A stretch of DNA of 64,000 nucleotides, from assembly GCA_963711835.1 (NCBI GenBank), contig CAVQFQ010000005.1, positions 32,001-96,000 of the forward strand. The letters are read 5' to 3'. The stretch comes from an uncultured delta proteobacterium (GTDB lineage: Bacteria; Desulfobacterota; RBG-13-43-22). Position numbers and translations under genes: made by a program. Shown here one piece after another: positions 45,293 through 55,977 of this stretch (position 1 is the first letter of the stretch; the number at the start of each line of letters is the position of its first letter). Below the pieces are notes generated by a model. It ran no database searches. It was not told the origin of the DNA and saw only the letters and a program-made list of their open reading frames with translations.

Positions 45293-46750
45293 ATGGAACT
45301 CTATGAATTATCCATCGCCCAGGCCCATAATAAATTAAAGAGCCGGGAAATCAGTTCGCTGGAATTAACCCGATCGGTAATTCGCCGGATCGAAGAGGTG
45401 GAGGCGAAAATCGGGGCCTACATCACCCTGACGCCGGAAAAGGCCCTCCAACAAGCCCAGGAGGCCGATGCCCGGATCAGGCAGGGACAAATACGAACCC
45501 TGACCGGCATTCCTCTGGCCGTTAAAGATCTGATTTCAACCAAAGGATTACGGACAACCTGCGCCTCCCGAATTCTTGCAGGCTATGACCCGCCCTATGA
45601 TGCCCAGGTTATGACCCGTCTGCAGGCGGAAGGCCTGGTCCTGCTGGGAAAGCTGAATATGGACGAATTTGCCATGGGCTCATCCACGGAAAATTCGGCC
45701 TTACAAGTAACCCGTAATCCCTGGAAGCTGAGTCATGTGCCGGGAGGATCCAGCGGGGGTTCGGCTGCGGCGGTGGCCGCCGGGGAATGCCTGGGGGCCT
45801 TGGGCTCCGATACCGGAGGATCCATCCGGCAACCGGCCTCCCATTGCGGGGTGGTGGGTCTGAAACCAACCTATGGAAGGGTTTCCCGGTTCGGGTTGGT
45901 GGCCTATGCTTCCTCATTGGACCAAATCGGCCCTCTGGCCCGGGATGTCACCGATTGCGCCCTCCTGTTGCAGATCATAGCCGGTTACGACCCCCAAGAC
46001 TCGACCTCCGTCTCTCGGGCGGTGCCGAATTACCTGGCCTCCCTGGGAAAAGAGATTTCCGGTTTACGGGTCGGCATCCCGAAAGAATATTTTCAAAAAG
46101 GAATGGATCAGGAGGTCGAATCCTGTATCCGCCGGGCCGTCTCGGTCTTGGAAGGCTTGGGTGTATCCTGCCTGGAAATCTCCCTGCCTCATACCGAGTA
46201 TGCCATCGCGGTTTACTATATCCTGGCCATGGCCGAAGCCAGCTCCAACCTAGCCCGTTACGACGGGGTGAAATACGGCTTCCGAGATCAGGAGAGCCGG
46301 ACTTTAATGGAGATGGTTCAAAAAACCCGCTCCCTGGGTTTCGGAGCGGAAGTCAGGCGCCGGATCATGTTGGGAACCTATGTCCTCTCGGCCGGTTATT
46401 ATGACGCCTATTACCGGAAGGCCTCCCAGGTGCGCTCCCTGATCCGGGAGGATTTTGAACAGGCTTTTAAAAAATGCGATTTGATGGTGACCCCGGTGAG
46501 CCCCACCCCGGCCTTCCGCTTTGGGGAGAAAACCGCCGATCCCCTGCAGATGTACCTGACCGACATCTGCACCATCTCTGCCAACCTGGCCGGAATTCCA
46601 GGCCTGTCCCTGCCCTGCGGTTTCAGCGCCGGGGGTCTTCCCATCGGGCTCCAGCTTCTGGGAAATCATTTTGAAGAAGAACAAATCCTCCAGGCCGCCT
46701 TTGCCTTTGAGCAGGCCACCGATCACCACCTCCGTCGCCCGCCCCTCTAA
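45293..46750 (+). CDS. gatA: Asp/Glu-tRNA amidotransferase subunit A
   Basis: [29 protein letters not shown]. Confidence 0.96.
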   Translation: MELYELSIAQAHNKLKSREISSLELTRSVIRRIEEVEAKIGAYITLTPEKALQQAQEADARIRQGQIRTLTGIPLAVKDLISTKGLRTTCASRILAGYDPPYDAQVMTRLQAEGLVLLGKLNMDEFAMGSSTENSALQVTRNPWKLSHVPGGSSGGSAAAVAAGECLGALGSDTGGSIRQPASHCGVVGLKPTYGRVSRFGLVAYASSLDQIGPLARDVTDCALLLQIIAGYDPQDSTSVSRAVPNYLASLGKEISGLRVGIPKEYFQKGMDQEVESCIRRAVSVLEGLGVSCLEISLPHTEYAIAVYYILAMAEASSNLARYDGVKYGFRDQESRTLMEMVQKTRSLGFGAEVRRRIMLGTYVLSAGYYDAYYRKASQVRSLIREDFEQAFKKCDLMVTPVSPTPAFRFGEKTADPLQMYLTDICTISANLAGIPGLSLPCGFSAGGLPIGLQLLGNHFEEEQILQAAFAFEQATDHHLRRPPL

Positions 46751-46769
46751 CCCGCATCCGTAGGGGGCG

Positions 46770-46860
46770 TTCAGCCGTCAGCACACGGCAATCAGCTTAC
46801 CTCGGTTTTTTAACTGCTTTTGCTGATCGCTGAAAGCTAATCACTGATCGTTCTCAGCCG
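46770..46860. repeat. 7-bp periodic tcagc/gctga inverted repeat cluster
   Basis: tcagccgtcagcacacggcaatcagc ... gctgatcgctgaaagctaatcactga. Confidence 0.5.
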
Positions 46861-46913
46861 AAAAAAATCCTTTCCAGATAGATCATCACCAAACGCGATC
46901 CCGGAGAGGTTCT

Positions 46914-48482
46914 TTAAAAGAAGGGCAACAGCTTTTTCCCCCTAAGGGTTTTTATCATTTCCAGGGCCTCCTCTTTTCGCTCAAAACTCCCGGCTTCAAC
47001 ACGATACCAGGTATGCGTCGGAGAGATTTTACGGGGTTGGATTGTAATTTCTTTACCTTTTAAATCGAGTTCGTTTTTAAATTTATGGGCTTGGGTATGA
47101 GTCATAAAGGTTCCTAAATGGATACCAAAGGGCTTATCAGGAGGATGAAGAAGTAAGGCCTCTTCCTTTATTTCCGGGAGTTGAATTTTTTGATCCACAC
47201 GGATGTAGTCGGCATTTATTATGGAAGGATTAGCCATTAATATTAAATCAACTAAAGAGGCATTGGACTTACCATAATAACGCATACTTAATTTAGATAA
47301 ACTCTCCCCTTTTTTTGCCTGGATTCTACGGATTGAAGTCAAACCGGGTCGCTGAATACCTTGCTCGAAGGATCCTTTTGGGGGAATTTTCTGATGATCG
47401 CCGGCAATAGAAAGGTTGCCTTTTGGATGGACGTGATTTTCTTGGCGAGAAACGCTTGCGCTGATAAGTTGTTGTCCCTTGTTAAACAAGCTTTTAATCT
47501 CTTTCAAAACCTCTAAACTTACTAGTCGGTTCTTAATTTCGCCTCCCCAGAAAAAGATGCCGATTCCCAGGGCCAAAACCGATAAGATAATCAACCCTTT
47601 TCTAAGAGACCAGCCGGAAGAAAAGGGAGAAGAACCGGTTTCCTCGGGAGTCCTGATAGGGGTTTTTGGTTTATAACCCGGGCCATCAAGGTTGCCGATG
47701 ACCTTTTCAACGATTTCCAGGTCGATTTTTTGCTGTGATTTGCTGTAGCCGTTGAGGAGTGCATTATCACAAACGATATTGATCAGCCTGGGAATCCCCT
47801 GGGAAAACTCGCAGATTAACGACAAGGCCTGGGGAGAAAACAATCGAGCCGAAGAACTGCCGACCAATTGCAGTCGGTGCTCGATATAGGCGGATGATTC
47901 GGTTCGGGTCAATGGGTAAATTTTTAGTTGCAGGCCCAGTTTCCTCTGAGGATTTTTTAGAATCTCAGGTTTCAGCAGGGAATCCAATTCGGGTTGTCCG
48001 GCTAATACCAATTGGAGAGAATCCCTTATCCAAGATTCCAAACGGAGCAGAGAAAACAGTTCACGGATTACCTCCCGGGAAAGCTTTTGGGCTTCATCGA
48101 TCAGAATGACCAGGACCCTCCCCTGTTCCCTTGCCGTTCGTAGAACCTCGAGGAATTGCGCTTTGAGTTCCTCGAGTGCCTCCGCCGGGTTCGGCAGGCC
48201 CCATTCAACCCATACCTGCTTCAGCAATTCCTGGAAATTGTAAGTCGAATGGAAAACAAGGGCGGTTTTTACCTCGTTGGAAAGCCTCCCCAGGGCGCTA
48301 TAGAGTAGGACCGTTTTCCCGGTTCCTACCTCACCCGTCAGGATAATAACGCCTGTTCGTTCCTCTATTCCCCTCAATAAGGCCTCCAAAGAGTCCTTGT
48401 GGCCGGGCGTGAGAAAAAGAAATTTCGGGTCCGGGGTTATTTCAAAAGGCTTATCCGAAAGACCGTAATAATTCAAATACAT
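46914..48482 (-). CDS. ExeA-like AAA ATPase with a TM helix, LysM-like and SPOR domains
   Basis: MYLNYYGL..PF..TPDP, GEVGTGKT, IDEAQ, GIPRLIN; KGESLSKLS..YYG; HTWYRVEAG. Confidence 0.85.
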   Translation of the reverse strand: MYLNYYGLSDKPFEITPDPKFLFLTPGHKDSLEALLRGIEERTGVIILTGEVGTGKTVLLYSALGRLSNEVKTALVFHSTYNFQELLKQVWVEWGLPNPAEALEELKAQFLEVLRTAREQGRVLVILIDEAQKLSREVIRELFSLLRLESWIRDSLQLVLAGQPELDSLLKPEILKNPQRKLGLQLKIYPLTRTESSAYIEHRLQLVGSSSARLFSPQALSLICEFSQGIPRLINIVCDNALLNGYSKSQQKIDLEIVEKVIGNLDGPGYKPKTPIRTPEETGSSPFSSGWSLRKGLIILSVLALGIGIFFWGGEIKNRLVSLEVLKEIKSLFNKGQQLISASVSRQENHVHPKGNLSIAGDHQKIPPKGSFEQGIQRPGLTSIRRIQAKKGESLSKLSMRYYGKSNASLVDLILMANPSIINADYIRVDQKIQLPEIKEEALLLHPPDKPFGIHLGTFMTHTQAHKFKNELDLKGKEITIQPRKISPTHTWYRVEAGSFERKEEALEMIKTLRGKKLLPFF

Positions 48483-48573
48483 TAGAAAACTTTAACTATT
48501 GTTGCTCATGGTTTACCTGAACGTTGGAAAAGTTACGGATGCTGCAGAATCAATTATTATACAACTATTAGGT

Positions 48574-49050
48574 TTATTTGGTTTCCTTATCCGCCTGATC
48601 CAATATCTCTCCCAAAGCATAGGCCGTCTCTCCGACCAACTGGATGCAGTGTTTGCGGCGGCCTTCCGGGTTGGTATAGAATTCCTTGGTCTGTTCCCTG
48701 TCCGACCAGTTCACCTGGGCGATGTCGCGGCAGTCCACCCCGCCAAATTCCCGGGTCAACCCTTCAAATTTTTTGCTCAACTTATAGCTCAGGCGCCACA
48801 TGCGGGGATCTTCCTTATCGCCCAAGTTCCCCCGGCTGTAAAGGCTTGAGATAAAACCCACCCCGCCAAGCAGGGCCCCGCAGACCCGGCCGGTGCTGGC
48901 AATCCCTCCACCGAAGGCCCCCATGGCCTTGACGACGTTTTCATCATGCAGGTTCATCTTCTCCTGACCCACGGCCAGGACCGCCTGGCTTCAATGAAAT
49001 TTGTCCAAAAATAACTCGATGGCCCTTTTCCGCATCTCTTCCGGTGTCAT
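48574..49050 (-). CDS. C-GCAxxG-C-C family selenoprotein (Sec at codon 20, TGA at 48991-48993)
   Basis: RBS aggagg, MTPEEMRKRAIELFLDKFH-U-SQAVL in frame with GAFGGG..VCGALLG..DCRDI..KHC. Confidence 0.85.
48962..48980 (-). promoter_or_regulatory. Bacterial SECIS hairpin
   Basis: tcctggcc-gtg-ggtcagga stem-loop starting 11 nt after the in-frame UGA, with a G-containing apical loop. Confidence 0.75.
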
Positions 49051-49160
49051 CTTCAACCTCCTGTCATAGTAGTGTAGCCGTCAGCGATCACTTGTCAGCT
49101 TTCATTATTCCCTATTCATCTTTTTTGATGTGTTGGACTTGCCGGGAACGGCGTTACCAT

Positions 49161-49955
49161 TCATCCGTTTCGGTTTCGCTCAAAAATAATCCTCAACCCT
49201 TCCAGGGTCAAAAAACCGTCCACCTCTTCAATGGTCTTGGCCTCAGTGGCTATCAAGGGGGCCAGCCCCCCGGTGGCAATCACCTTGGGTTTTCTGGAGA
49301 CCGAAGCGATGATTCGGTTCACCAGTCCGTCCACCAGTCCGGCGTAGCCGAAAATAATGCCGACATTCATACTGCTGATCGTATCCTTGGCCAGCACCGT
49401 TTTGGGTTTGGTAAAAATTTCAACCCGGGGGAGTTTGGAGGCCTTTTGAAAGAGGGCCTCACAGGAAATCAGGATTCCGGGGGCGATGGCCCCTCCCATG
49501 TATTCCCCTTTTTCGGAAACATAGTCAAAGGTGGTAGCCGTCCCAAAATCAACTACGATGAGATTGGTATTATATTTCTCATAAGCGGCTACGGCATTGA
49601 CGATCCGATCCGCTCCGACCTCCTTGGGATTATCATAAAAGATCGGCATGCCGGTCTTGATTCCCGGACCGACAAAAAGCGGCCGCAGGTTGAAATAGCG
49701 CTTTCCGAATTCTTCCAGGGTATTGAGCATCGGGGGTACCACACAGGAGACAATCAGATGGCTCACCTGTCCCAGCTCCAATTCCCGGGTTAAAAAAAGA
49801 TTCCGGATCAGGACCCCCCATTCATCCAGAGTGGCATCCTTCTCGGTTCGGATCCGCCAATCACAGATCCGCTGCCTTTCCTGATAGACACCCAGCACGG
49901 TATTGGTGTTGCCCACATCCATGACTAAAAGCAGGTTTTCGGTCTCCTTAGACAT
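49161..49955 (-). CDS. coaX: Type III pantothenate kinase
   Basis: [27 protein letters not shown]. Confidence 0.95.
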   Translation of the reverse strand: MSKETENLLLVMDVGNTNTVLGVYQERQRICDWRIRTEKDATLDEWGVLIRNLFLTRELELGQVSHLIVSCVVPPMLNTLEEFGKRYFNLRPLFVGPGIKTGMPIFYDNPKEVGADRIVNAVAAYEKYNTNLIVVDFGTATTFDYVSEKGEYMGGAIAPGILISCEALFQKASKLPRVEIFTKPKTVLAKDTISSMNVGIIFGYAGLVDGLVNRIIASVSRKPKVIATGGLAPLIATEAKTIEEVDGFLTLEGLRIIFERNRNG

Positions 49956-51300
49956 TAAATTCCCTCTCAATAACCTGGGCCGTTTCTTCGGCCAATAAAT
50001 GAATCAGGCCTTCGTTTTCCCCTTCGACCATAACCCGGACCAGGGGTTCGGTGCCTGAAAAACGGATCAGGAGGCGGCCTTTATCGCCCAACTTTTTTTC
50101 CACCTTCCTGATCTGCTGGGATAGCGCAGGCAGATCTTCCAGCCGTTTACGCTCCTTGATCCGCACATTAATCAATTTTTGAGGGAAGCGATCCATGACA
50201 TCCGAGAGATCGGAAAGGCTTTTCCCCTCTTTCCGTATAATGGCCAGGACCTGCAAGGCGCTCAGGATCCCGTCGCCGGTGGGATTGTGATCCAGGAAGA
50301 CCAGATGGCCGGATTGTTCCCCTCCCAAATTGCACCCCCGGCGGACCATCTCCTCCACCACATAGCGGTCACCGACCTGGGTCCGGATCAGGCGGATCCC
50401 TTTTTCCCGCATGGCCACTTCCAATCCCATGTTGCTCATGACCGTGGTCACCAGGGTATTCTTTTTTAAACGCTTTTCCTTGGACATCCGGGAAGCACAA
50501 ATGGCCATGATCTGATCCCCATTGACGGTCTCGCCGTTTTCATCCACCAGGACCACCCGATCCCCGTCGCCGTCGAAACTGATCCCCAGATCGGCTTTCC
50601 TTTTCCTGACCGCCGTACTGACCACGCTGGGATACAAGGCCCCGCAATTTTTGTTGATGTTTTCTCCATTGGGTTTGGCCCCCAAAAGAGTAACCTTGGC
50701 TCCCAACTCTTCAAAGACGGTCGGGGCTACTTTATAGGTGGCCCCGTTGGCGCAGTCGAGGACGAGGTGCAGGCCGTCCAGGGTCAGATCCTGGGGAAAG
50801 GTATTTTTCAAAAAAACAATATACCGGCCGATGGCATCGTCTATCCGGAAGGCTTTGCCGACTTTGCCGGCGGTAATGGTGGGGGAGGAGAGATCTTCCG
50901 AAAACATTAAACTCTCGATCTTTTCCTCCATCTTGTCCGGCAGCTTGAAACCGTTCCCGGAAAAGATTTTAATGCCGTTGTCCTGATAGGGATTGTGCGA
51001 GGCGGAAATGACGATCCCGGCATCGGCCCGCATACTCACCGTTAAAAAGGCGATGCCCGGGGTGGGCAAGGGGCCGACCAGAAGGACATCCCCGCCCATG
51101 GAACAGATGCCGGCGGTTAAAGCGGTCTCGATCATATACCCTGAGAGGCGGGTATCTTTACCGACGACGATTTTATGCCGCCGGTCTTTATCTCTGAAGA
51201 GATGGGCGCAGCCTTTGCCCAACTGCAGGGCCACCTCGACCGTCATGGGGTAGACGTTGGCCACCCCCCTGATCCCGTCGGTGCCGAAAAGTTTTCTCAT
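49948..51300 (-). CDS. glmM: Phosphoglucosamine mutase
   Basis: [30 protein letters not shown]. Confidence 0.96.
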   Translation of the reverse strand: MRKLFGTDGIRGVANVYPMTVEVALQLGKGCAHLFRDKDRRHKIVVGKDTRLSGYMIETALTAGICSMGGDVLLVGPLPTPGIAFLTVSMRADAGIVISASHNPYQDNGIKIFSGNGFKLPDKMEEKIESLMFSEDLSSPTITAGKVGKAFRIDDAIGRYIVFLKNTFPQDLTLDGLHLVLDCANGATYKVAPTVFEELGAKVTLLGAKPNGENINKNCGALYPSVVSTAVRKRKADLGISFDGDGDRVVLVDENGETVNGDQIMAICASRMSKEKRLKKNTLVTTVMSNMGLEVAMREKGIRLIRTQVGDRYVVEEMVRRGCNLGGEQSGHLVFLDHNPTGDGILSALQVLAIIRKEGKSLSDLSDVMDRFPQKLINVRIKERKRLEDLPALSQQIRKVEKKLGDKGRLLIRFSGTEPLVRVMVEGENEGLIHLLAEETAQVIEREFNV

Positions 51301-51309
51301 AGCCGCTCC

Positions 51310-51948
51310 TTAATCGGAATTTATTTTTTTGAGGACGACCTCGACCTCGACCGGGACCTCTTTGGTTAAATAGATTTGAAGATTCCGGAAGTCCAGGCTG
51401 GTCCGTTGCTTCAGATTGGCTTTGGTCCCCTGAAGGTCAACGGGTTTGGTCCAGAGGCTCTCAATCTCATCCACCACGTTGTCCGGCCCGGCAATTTCCA
51501 CCTGCTCCGGGCTGATTTTTACGGCTGCCAGTTCATATCCGAAGGCCGGTTTCCCGATAATCCGGGGCTTTATCTGGACTTTTCGGATGTGCAGTTTCTG
51601 AAGAACGACCACCACCGTGGTGGGATGAATCCGGGTGATCTTGACTCCCCGGGAAAGAGGAATCCCTTCCGAGGAAATCGAAAAGGTCACCGTTCCCGGT
51701 TTGGTATTGGACAGGTCCAGGCTCTTGCTCAGGTTTTCGGTGGACAGGGCCCGCACCAGACTTCTGGGTCCGTTGATTCGGATCTCGATGCCATGGGTAA
51801 CGGTATTAACCACGATCAGGTCCCGGGGGATATTGACCAGTTCCAGGGGAATCGTCAAACCGACTTCAGCCCGTTCCTCCCCTACCACAAAATACCAGAG
51901 GATGACGGCCAGGGCCAGGGCCAGTATTTTATAGGGGAGGTTTTTCAC
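51310..51948 (-). CDS. cdaR: CdaR/YbbR family protein
   Basis: KILALALAVILWYFV plus YbbR repeats; follows cdaA. Confidence 0.85.
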   Translation of the reverse strand: MKNLPYKILALALAVILWYFVVGEERAEVGLTIPLELVNIPRDLIVVNTVTHGIEIRINGPRSLVRALSTENLSKSLDLSNTKPGTVTFSISSEGIPLSRGVKITRIHPTTVVVVLQKLHIRKVQIKPRIIGKPAFGYELAAVKISPEQVEIAGPDNVVDEIESLWTKPVDLQGTKANLKQRTSLDFRNLQIYLTKEVPVEVEVVLKKINSD

Positions 51949-52769
51949 GGCTTTTTATCCTTATGAGCCGCCGATCGTCTGGGTCCGAATACCCAATAGC
52001 GGCGGAGGGGTCTCTCCTGAGAGAACAAGGTCTGCAGGACCCTCTTCAAGGTGGTGGAATCCAAGCCCCGGGTAAAACGCCCGTTGATGGCTACCGAGAT
52101 TCTGCCGGTTTCCTCGGAAACCACGACAACGGCGGCATCGGATTCCTCGCTCAATCCCAGGGCGGCCCGGTGGCGGGACCCGTAACTCCGGCTGACCTTG
52201 GTACTTTTAGTCAGGGGCAGATAGCATCCGGCGGCTTTAATGCGGCTGTTCTGAATGATCACCGCCCCGTCATGAAGCGGGGATTGAGGATGGAAAAGGC
52301 TGATCAGGAGTTCCCAGCTCACCTGGGCGTCCATGACCGTGGCGGTCCGCAAATAGTCCTTCAGTCCGGTTTGTCTTTCCAGGACCATCAGGGCCCCGGT
52401 CTTATGGCTTGAAAGATAGACGGCGGCCCGGATGACCTCTTCAATGGTCTGCAAAGTCTCGGCCGAGGATTTTACAAAAGGGCTCCGACCCACCTGGGCC
52501 AACACCCTACGGATCTCGGATTTAAATAGAATAATGATGACCAGGATGATGGAGGTCAGGAAACTGTTCAGAATCCAATGCAAGGTCAGCAGTTCCACCT
52601 TCCGGGCAATCAGAAAAGCCAAAAAAATGACCATCATGCCGATCAGGATCTCGACGGCCCGGGTCCCCTTGATCAGGAGAAAGATCTGATAAATCAAGAA
52701 GGCCACGATCAGGATGTCGACACCATCCTGCCAGCGGATATTTTGGAAAATAAGCAGGAAATTGTTCAT
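51945..52769 (-). CDS. cdaA: Diadenylate cyclase
   Basis: Three N-terminal TM helices, SPLHDGA, GSRHRAA, VVSEETG. Confidence 0.93.
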   Translation of the reverse strand: MNNFLLIFQNIRWQDGVDILIVAFLIYQIFLLIKGTRAVEILIGMMVIFLAFLIARKVELLTLHWILNSFLTSIILVIIILFKSEIRRVLAQVGRSPFVKSSAETLQTIEEVIRAAVYLSSHKTGALMVLERQTGLKDYLRTATVMDAQVSWELLISLFHPQSPLHDGAVIIQNSRIKAAGCYLPLTKSTKVSRSYGSRHRAALGLSEESDAAVVVVSEETGRISVAINGRFTRGLDSTTLKRVLQTLFSQERPLRRYWVFGPRRSAAHKDKKP

Positions 52770-53626
52770 TGGGCAGCAGACTGATAAAGGGCGTCGGTTA
52801 CGGCCAGGCAATCCCTGGCGGCGGCTACATTATGGACCCGGACCAGGTGGGCTCCCTGTCCCACCCCGACCGTCAAGGTAGCGGCGGTTCCCCAATCCCG
52901 GTCCGGCGGTTCCTGGCCGGTAATTTTTCCGATGAAGGACTTCCGCGAGGTCCCCAGAACCAGGGGCCGATTGAGCTTTTTGAAAAAGTCGAGACGGCGG
53001 ATCAAGGTCAGATTATGAGCCGGGTTTTTCCCGAAGCCGATTCCCGGGTCGAGCAGAACCATCTCTCGGGGAATGCCGGCCCGGCCGGCGGCTTTCAGGC
53101 GTTCCTGAAAAAAAAGGTGGACTTCCTCCAGGAGATTTTGGTAATGGGGTCGGCGCTGCATGTCCCGGGGGGTTCCCTGCATATGCATCAGGATAACCGG
53201 GACCTGATGGGCGGCTATCACCCGTCCCATTTCGGGATCAAAACTGAGGGCACTGATATCGTTGACTATCGAGGCCCCGGCTCCCAAAGCGGCTTTAGCT
53301 ACCTCGGCCTTACAGGTATCGATGGAGATGGGGATCGAAATCCTTTTCACCAATTCCGCGATAACCGGGATAACCCTGCTGATCTCTTCAGCGCTTGATA
53401 CGGCTTCGGAAAAAGGCCGGGTGGATTCTCCGCCGATGTCCAGGATGTCAGCGCCTTGGGCAGCCATAAGCTCCCCCTGGGCCACGGCCTGATCCCTTTG
53501 ATAAAAAGATCCCCCATCGGAAAAAGAATCAGGGGTCACATTCAGGATCCCGATGATCCGGGTTTTTTCGCCCAGTCCGAGGGAGTGATTTTTCCATTTA
53601 AGTTCGAACTTTTTTCGTTGAATCAT
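52766..53626 (-). CDS. folP: Dihydropteroate synthase
   Basis: ILNVTPDSFSDGG, DIGGESTRP, GTSRKSF. Confidence 0.95.
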   Translation of the reverse strand: MIQRKKFELKWKNHSLGLGEKTRIIGILNVTPDSFSDGGSFYQRDQAVAQGELMAAQGADILDIGGESTRPFSEAVSSAEEISRVIPVIAELVKRISIPISIDTCKAEVAKAALGAGASIVNDISALSFDPEMGRVIAAHQVPVILMHMQGTPRDMQRRPHYQNLLEEVHLFFQERLKAAGRAGIPREMVLLDPGIGFGKNPAHNLTLIRRLDFFKKLNRPLVLGTSRKSFIGKITGQEPPDRDWGTAATLTVGVGQGAHLVRVHNVAAARDCLAVTDALYQSAAQ

Positions 53627-53682
53627 GGACCAATAGTCTAACCATTTTTGGATTCTTAGGCTACGCAGGCCGCCCCCAGGAG

Positions 53683-55497
53683 CTACGCTGCCGAAGCGCC
53701 CTCCTCTTGGGGCGCCCCATGGATCAGGATATCGATGGTATGGCCGTCCAGGGTTTCCTTCTCAAGCAGGGATTGAGCCAGCCGGTGCAAGATATCCATA
53801 TGGTCCGTCAAAAGGGTCTGGGCCTTTTGATAAGCCTCCAGGACCAGACGTTTGACCTCCATATCAATTTTTCGGGCCGTTTCTTCGCTGTAATCCCGGT
53901 GCTGCGAAATCTCCCGGCCTAGAAAGATCTGCTCTTCCTTTTTTCCGAAGGTCAAGGGGCCTAATTCGGGGCTCATCCCCCAATCGCAGACCATCTTGCG
54001 GGCCAACTCGGTAGCCCGCTCCAGGTCATTGCCGGCTCCGGTGGTCAGCTGCTTGAGGACCAGCTCCTCCGCCGCCCGTCCTCCCATAAAGATGACCAGG
54101 TTATTGATCAGAAAATCCTTGGGATAGGTATGCTTTTCATCAATCGGTAATTGCTGGGTTAAACCCAGTGCCCGTCCCCGGGGGATGATGGTGACCTTAT
54201 GGATCGGATCGGTGCCCGGCAATAATTTGGCCACCAGGGTGTGACCGGCTTCATGATAGGCGGTGTTTTTCCGTTCCTCTTCACTGATGATCATGCTGCG
54301 CCGCTCCGTACCCATCATGACCTTGTCCTTGGCGGTTTCGAAATCCTCCATGCGGATCTGGTCTTTTCCCAGCCGGGCCGCCAACAAAGCCGCCTCATTG
54401 ACCAGGTTCTCCAGATCGGCCCCGGAAAACCCGGGCGTCCCCCGGGCCAGGACATTCAAGTTGACCCCTTCCCCCAAGGGAGTTTTTCGGGTATGGACCT
54501 TGAGGATTTCCTCCCGGCCTTTGACGTCGGGGACCGGGACCACCACCTGGCGGTCAAAACGCCCGGATCGCAACAGGGCCGGGTCCAAGACATCGGGCCG
54601 GTTGGTCGCGGAAATCAGGATGACCCCTTCATTCGACTCGAAGCCGTCCATCTCCACCAAAAGCTGATTCAGGGTTTGTTCCCGCTCGTCGTGCCCGCCG
54701 CCCAAACCGGCCCCGCGGTGACGCCCTACGGCATCAATTTCATCAATAAAAATGATACAGGGGGCATTCCGTTTTCCCTGGATAAAAAGATCCCGGACCC
54801 GGGAAGCTCCGACCCCGACAAACATCTCCACAAAGTCCGAACCGCTGATACTGAAAAAAGGCACTCCGGCCTCTCCGGCAATGGCCTTGGCCAGCAGGGT
54901 CTTTCCGGTTCCCGGTGCGCCCATCAAGAGGACCCCTTTGGGAATACGGCCTCCAAGACGGGTAAATTTCTTGGGGTCCTTTAGGAATTCAATGATCTCA
55001 CTCAGTTCCTCTTTGGCTTCTTCTATGCCGGCCACATCCTTAAAGGTGACCTTGGGCCCTTGATCCGACTGGAGCCTGGCCCGGCTTTTCCCAAAGGCCA
55101 TGGCCTTGCCGCCCCCGGACTGCATCTGGCGCATAAAAAAGATCCAGACCCCGATCAAAAGGAGCATGGGAAACCAGGAGATCAGAAGGCTCAGGTACCA
55201 GGGAGAATCATCGGCAGGTTTGGCGGTGATCCGCACCCCTTTATCCCGGAGGTTTTTGATCAGGTCGGTATCCCGGGGGGCATAGGTTTTAAATTTTTTC
55301 CCACCCACCTGGAAACCCTGAATATCATCCCCCTGGATGGTTACACTCAGGACTTCCCCTTTTTCGACCATCCCCAGGAAGTCGGTATAACTTAAAGGCT
55401 CTTTGGTGGTTTGAGGTTTGTTGAACAGGTTAAAAAGGGCGATCATCACCAGGCTGATGACCAACCAGAGGCCTAAATTCTTATAAAAAGGATTCAA
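53683..55497 (-). CDS. ftsH: ATP-dependent zinc metalloprotease FtsH
   Basis: [27 protein letters not shown]. Confidence 0.97.
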   Translation of the reverse strand: MNPFYKNLGLWLVISLVMIALFNLFNKPQTTKEPLSYTDFLGMVEKGEVLSVTIQGDDIQGFQVGGKKFKTYAPRDTDLIKNLRDKGVRITAKPADDSPWYLSLLISWFPMLLLIGVWIFFMRQMQSGGGKAMAFGKSRARLQSDQGPKVTFKDVAGIEEAKEELSEIIEFLKDPKKFTRLGGRIPKGVLLMGAPGTGKTLLAKAIAGEAGVPFFSISGSDFVEMFVGVGASRVRDLFIQGKRNAPCIIFIDEIDAVGRHRGAGLGGGHDEREQTLNQLLVEMDGFESNEGVILISATNRPDVLDPALLRSGRFDRQVVVPVPDVKGREEILKVHTRKTPLGEGVNLNVLARGTPGFSGADLENLVNEAALLAARLGKDQIRMEDFETAKDKVMMGTERRSMIISEEERKNTAYHEAGHTLVAKLLPGTDPIHKVTIIPRGRALGLTQQLPIDEKHTYPKDFLINNLVIFMGGRAAEELVLKQLTTGAGNDLERATELARKMVCDWGMSPELGPLTFGKKEEQIFLGREISQHRDYSEETARKIDMEVKRLVLEAYQKAQTLLTDHMDILHRLAQSLLEKETLDGHTIDILIHGAPQEEGASAA

Positions 55498-55977
55498 AGG
55501 GTTTCCTCAAGGAGCTAACACGGTATTTTTGTTATGAAACAGACAGTTAAAGCTTTCCGGCCAATGAACCGGTATCTGCTTAAATTATCACAAACTCCTT
55601 AAAATTTCAAAGGATTCCTTACCATTTCTCTTCGAAAACCAGGCCTTAAAGTTTTTTTTGTGGTATATTCTTTAGACGGGAACCTCGCTGTTGCAAAAGT
55701 TTCGGAGGTTGCAGATCCGAGACGTCCAGGGTGACGCTGTATACGCATACTGCGAGCCCTGGACAATCCCGCCGCGGCGGGACGGCTCCCAGATTTTCCC
55801 GAAGGGTAAAAATTGATCGATAATTTTTTGAATGCCTAACTTCACCCGGGGTGAATTTTGACCCTTATTCCAAAATCGTCAGAACAAGCTGCTATGATTG
55901 ATAAAAAATATTTATCGATCAATTTTTATGCAACTTCGAGGGAAGACAGGTGTGAAAAAATTGGCGAAGGAGAGCCC

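Noticed and set aside
55676-55810. Hairpin-rich stretch upstream of the Grx-TrxB gene as a riboswitch
   Set aside because: I recognise no aptamer consensus; it contains a REP-like hairpin shared with 39954-70 and looks like a repeat remnant
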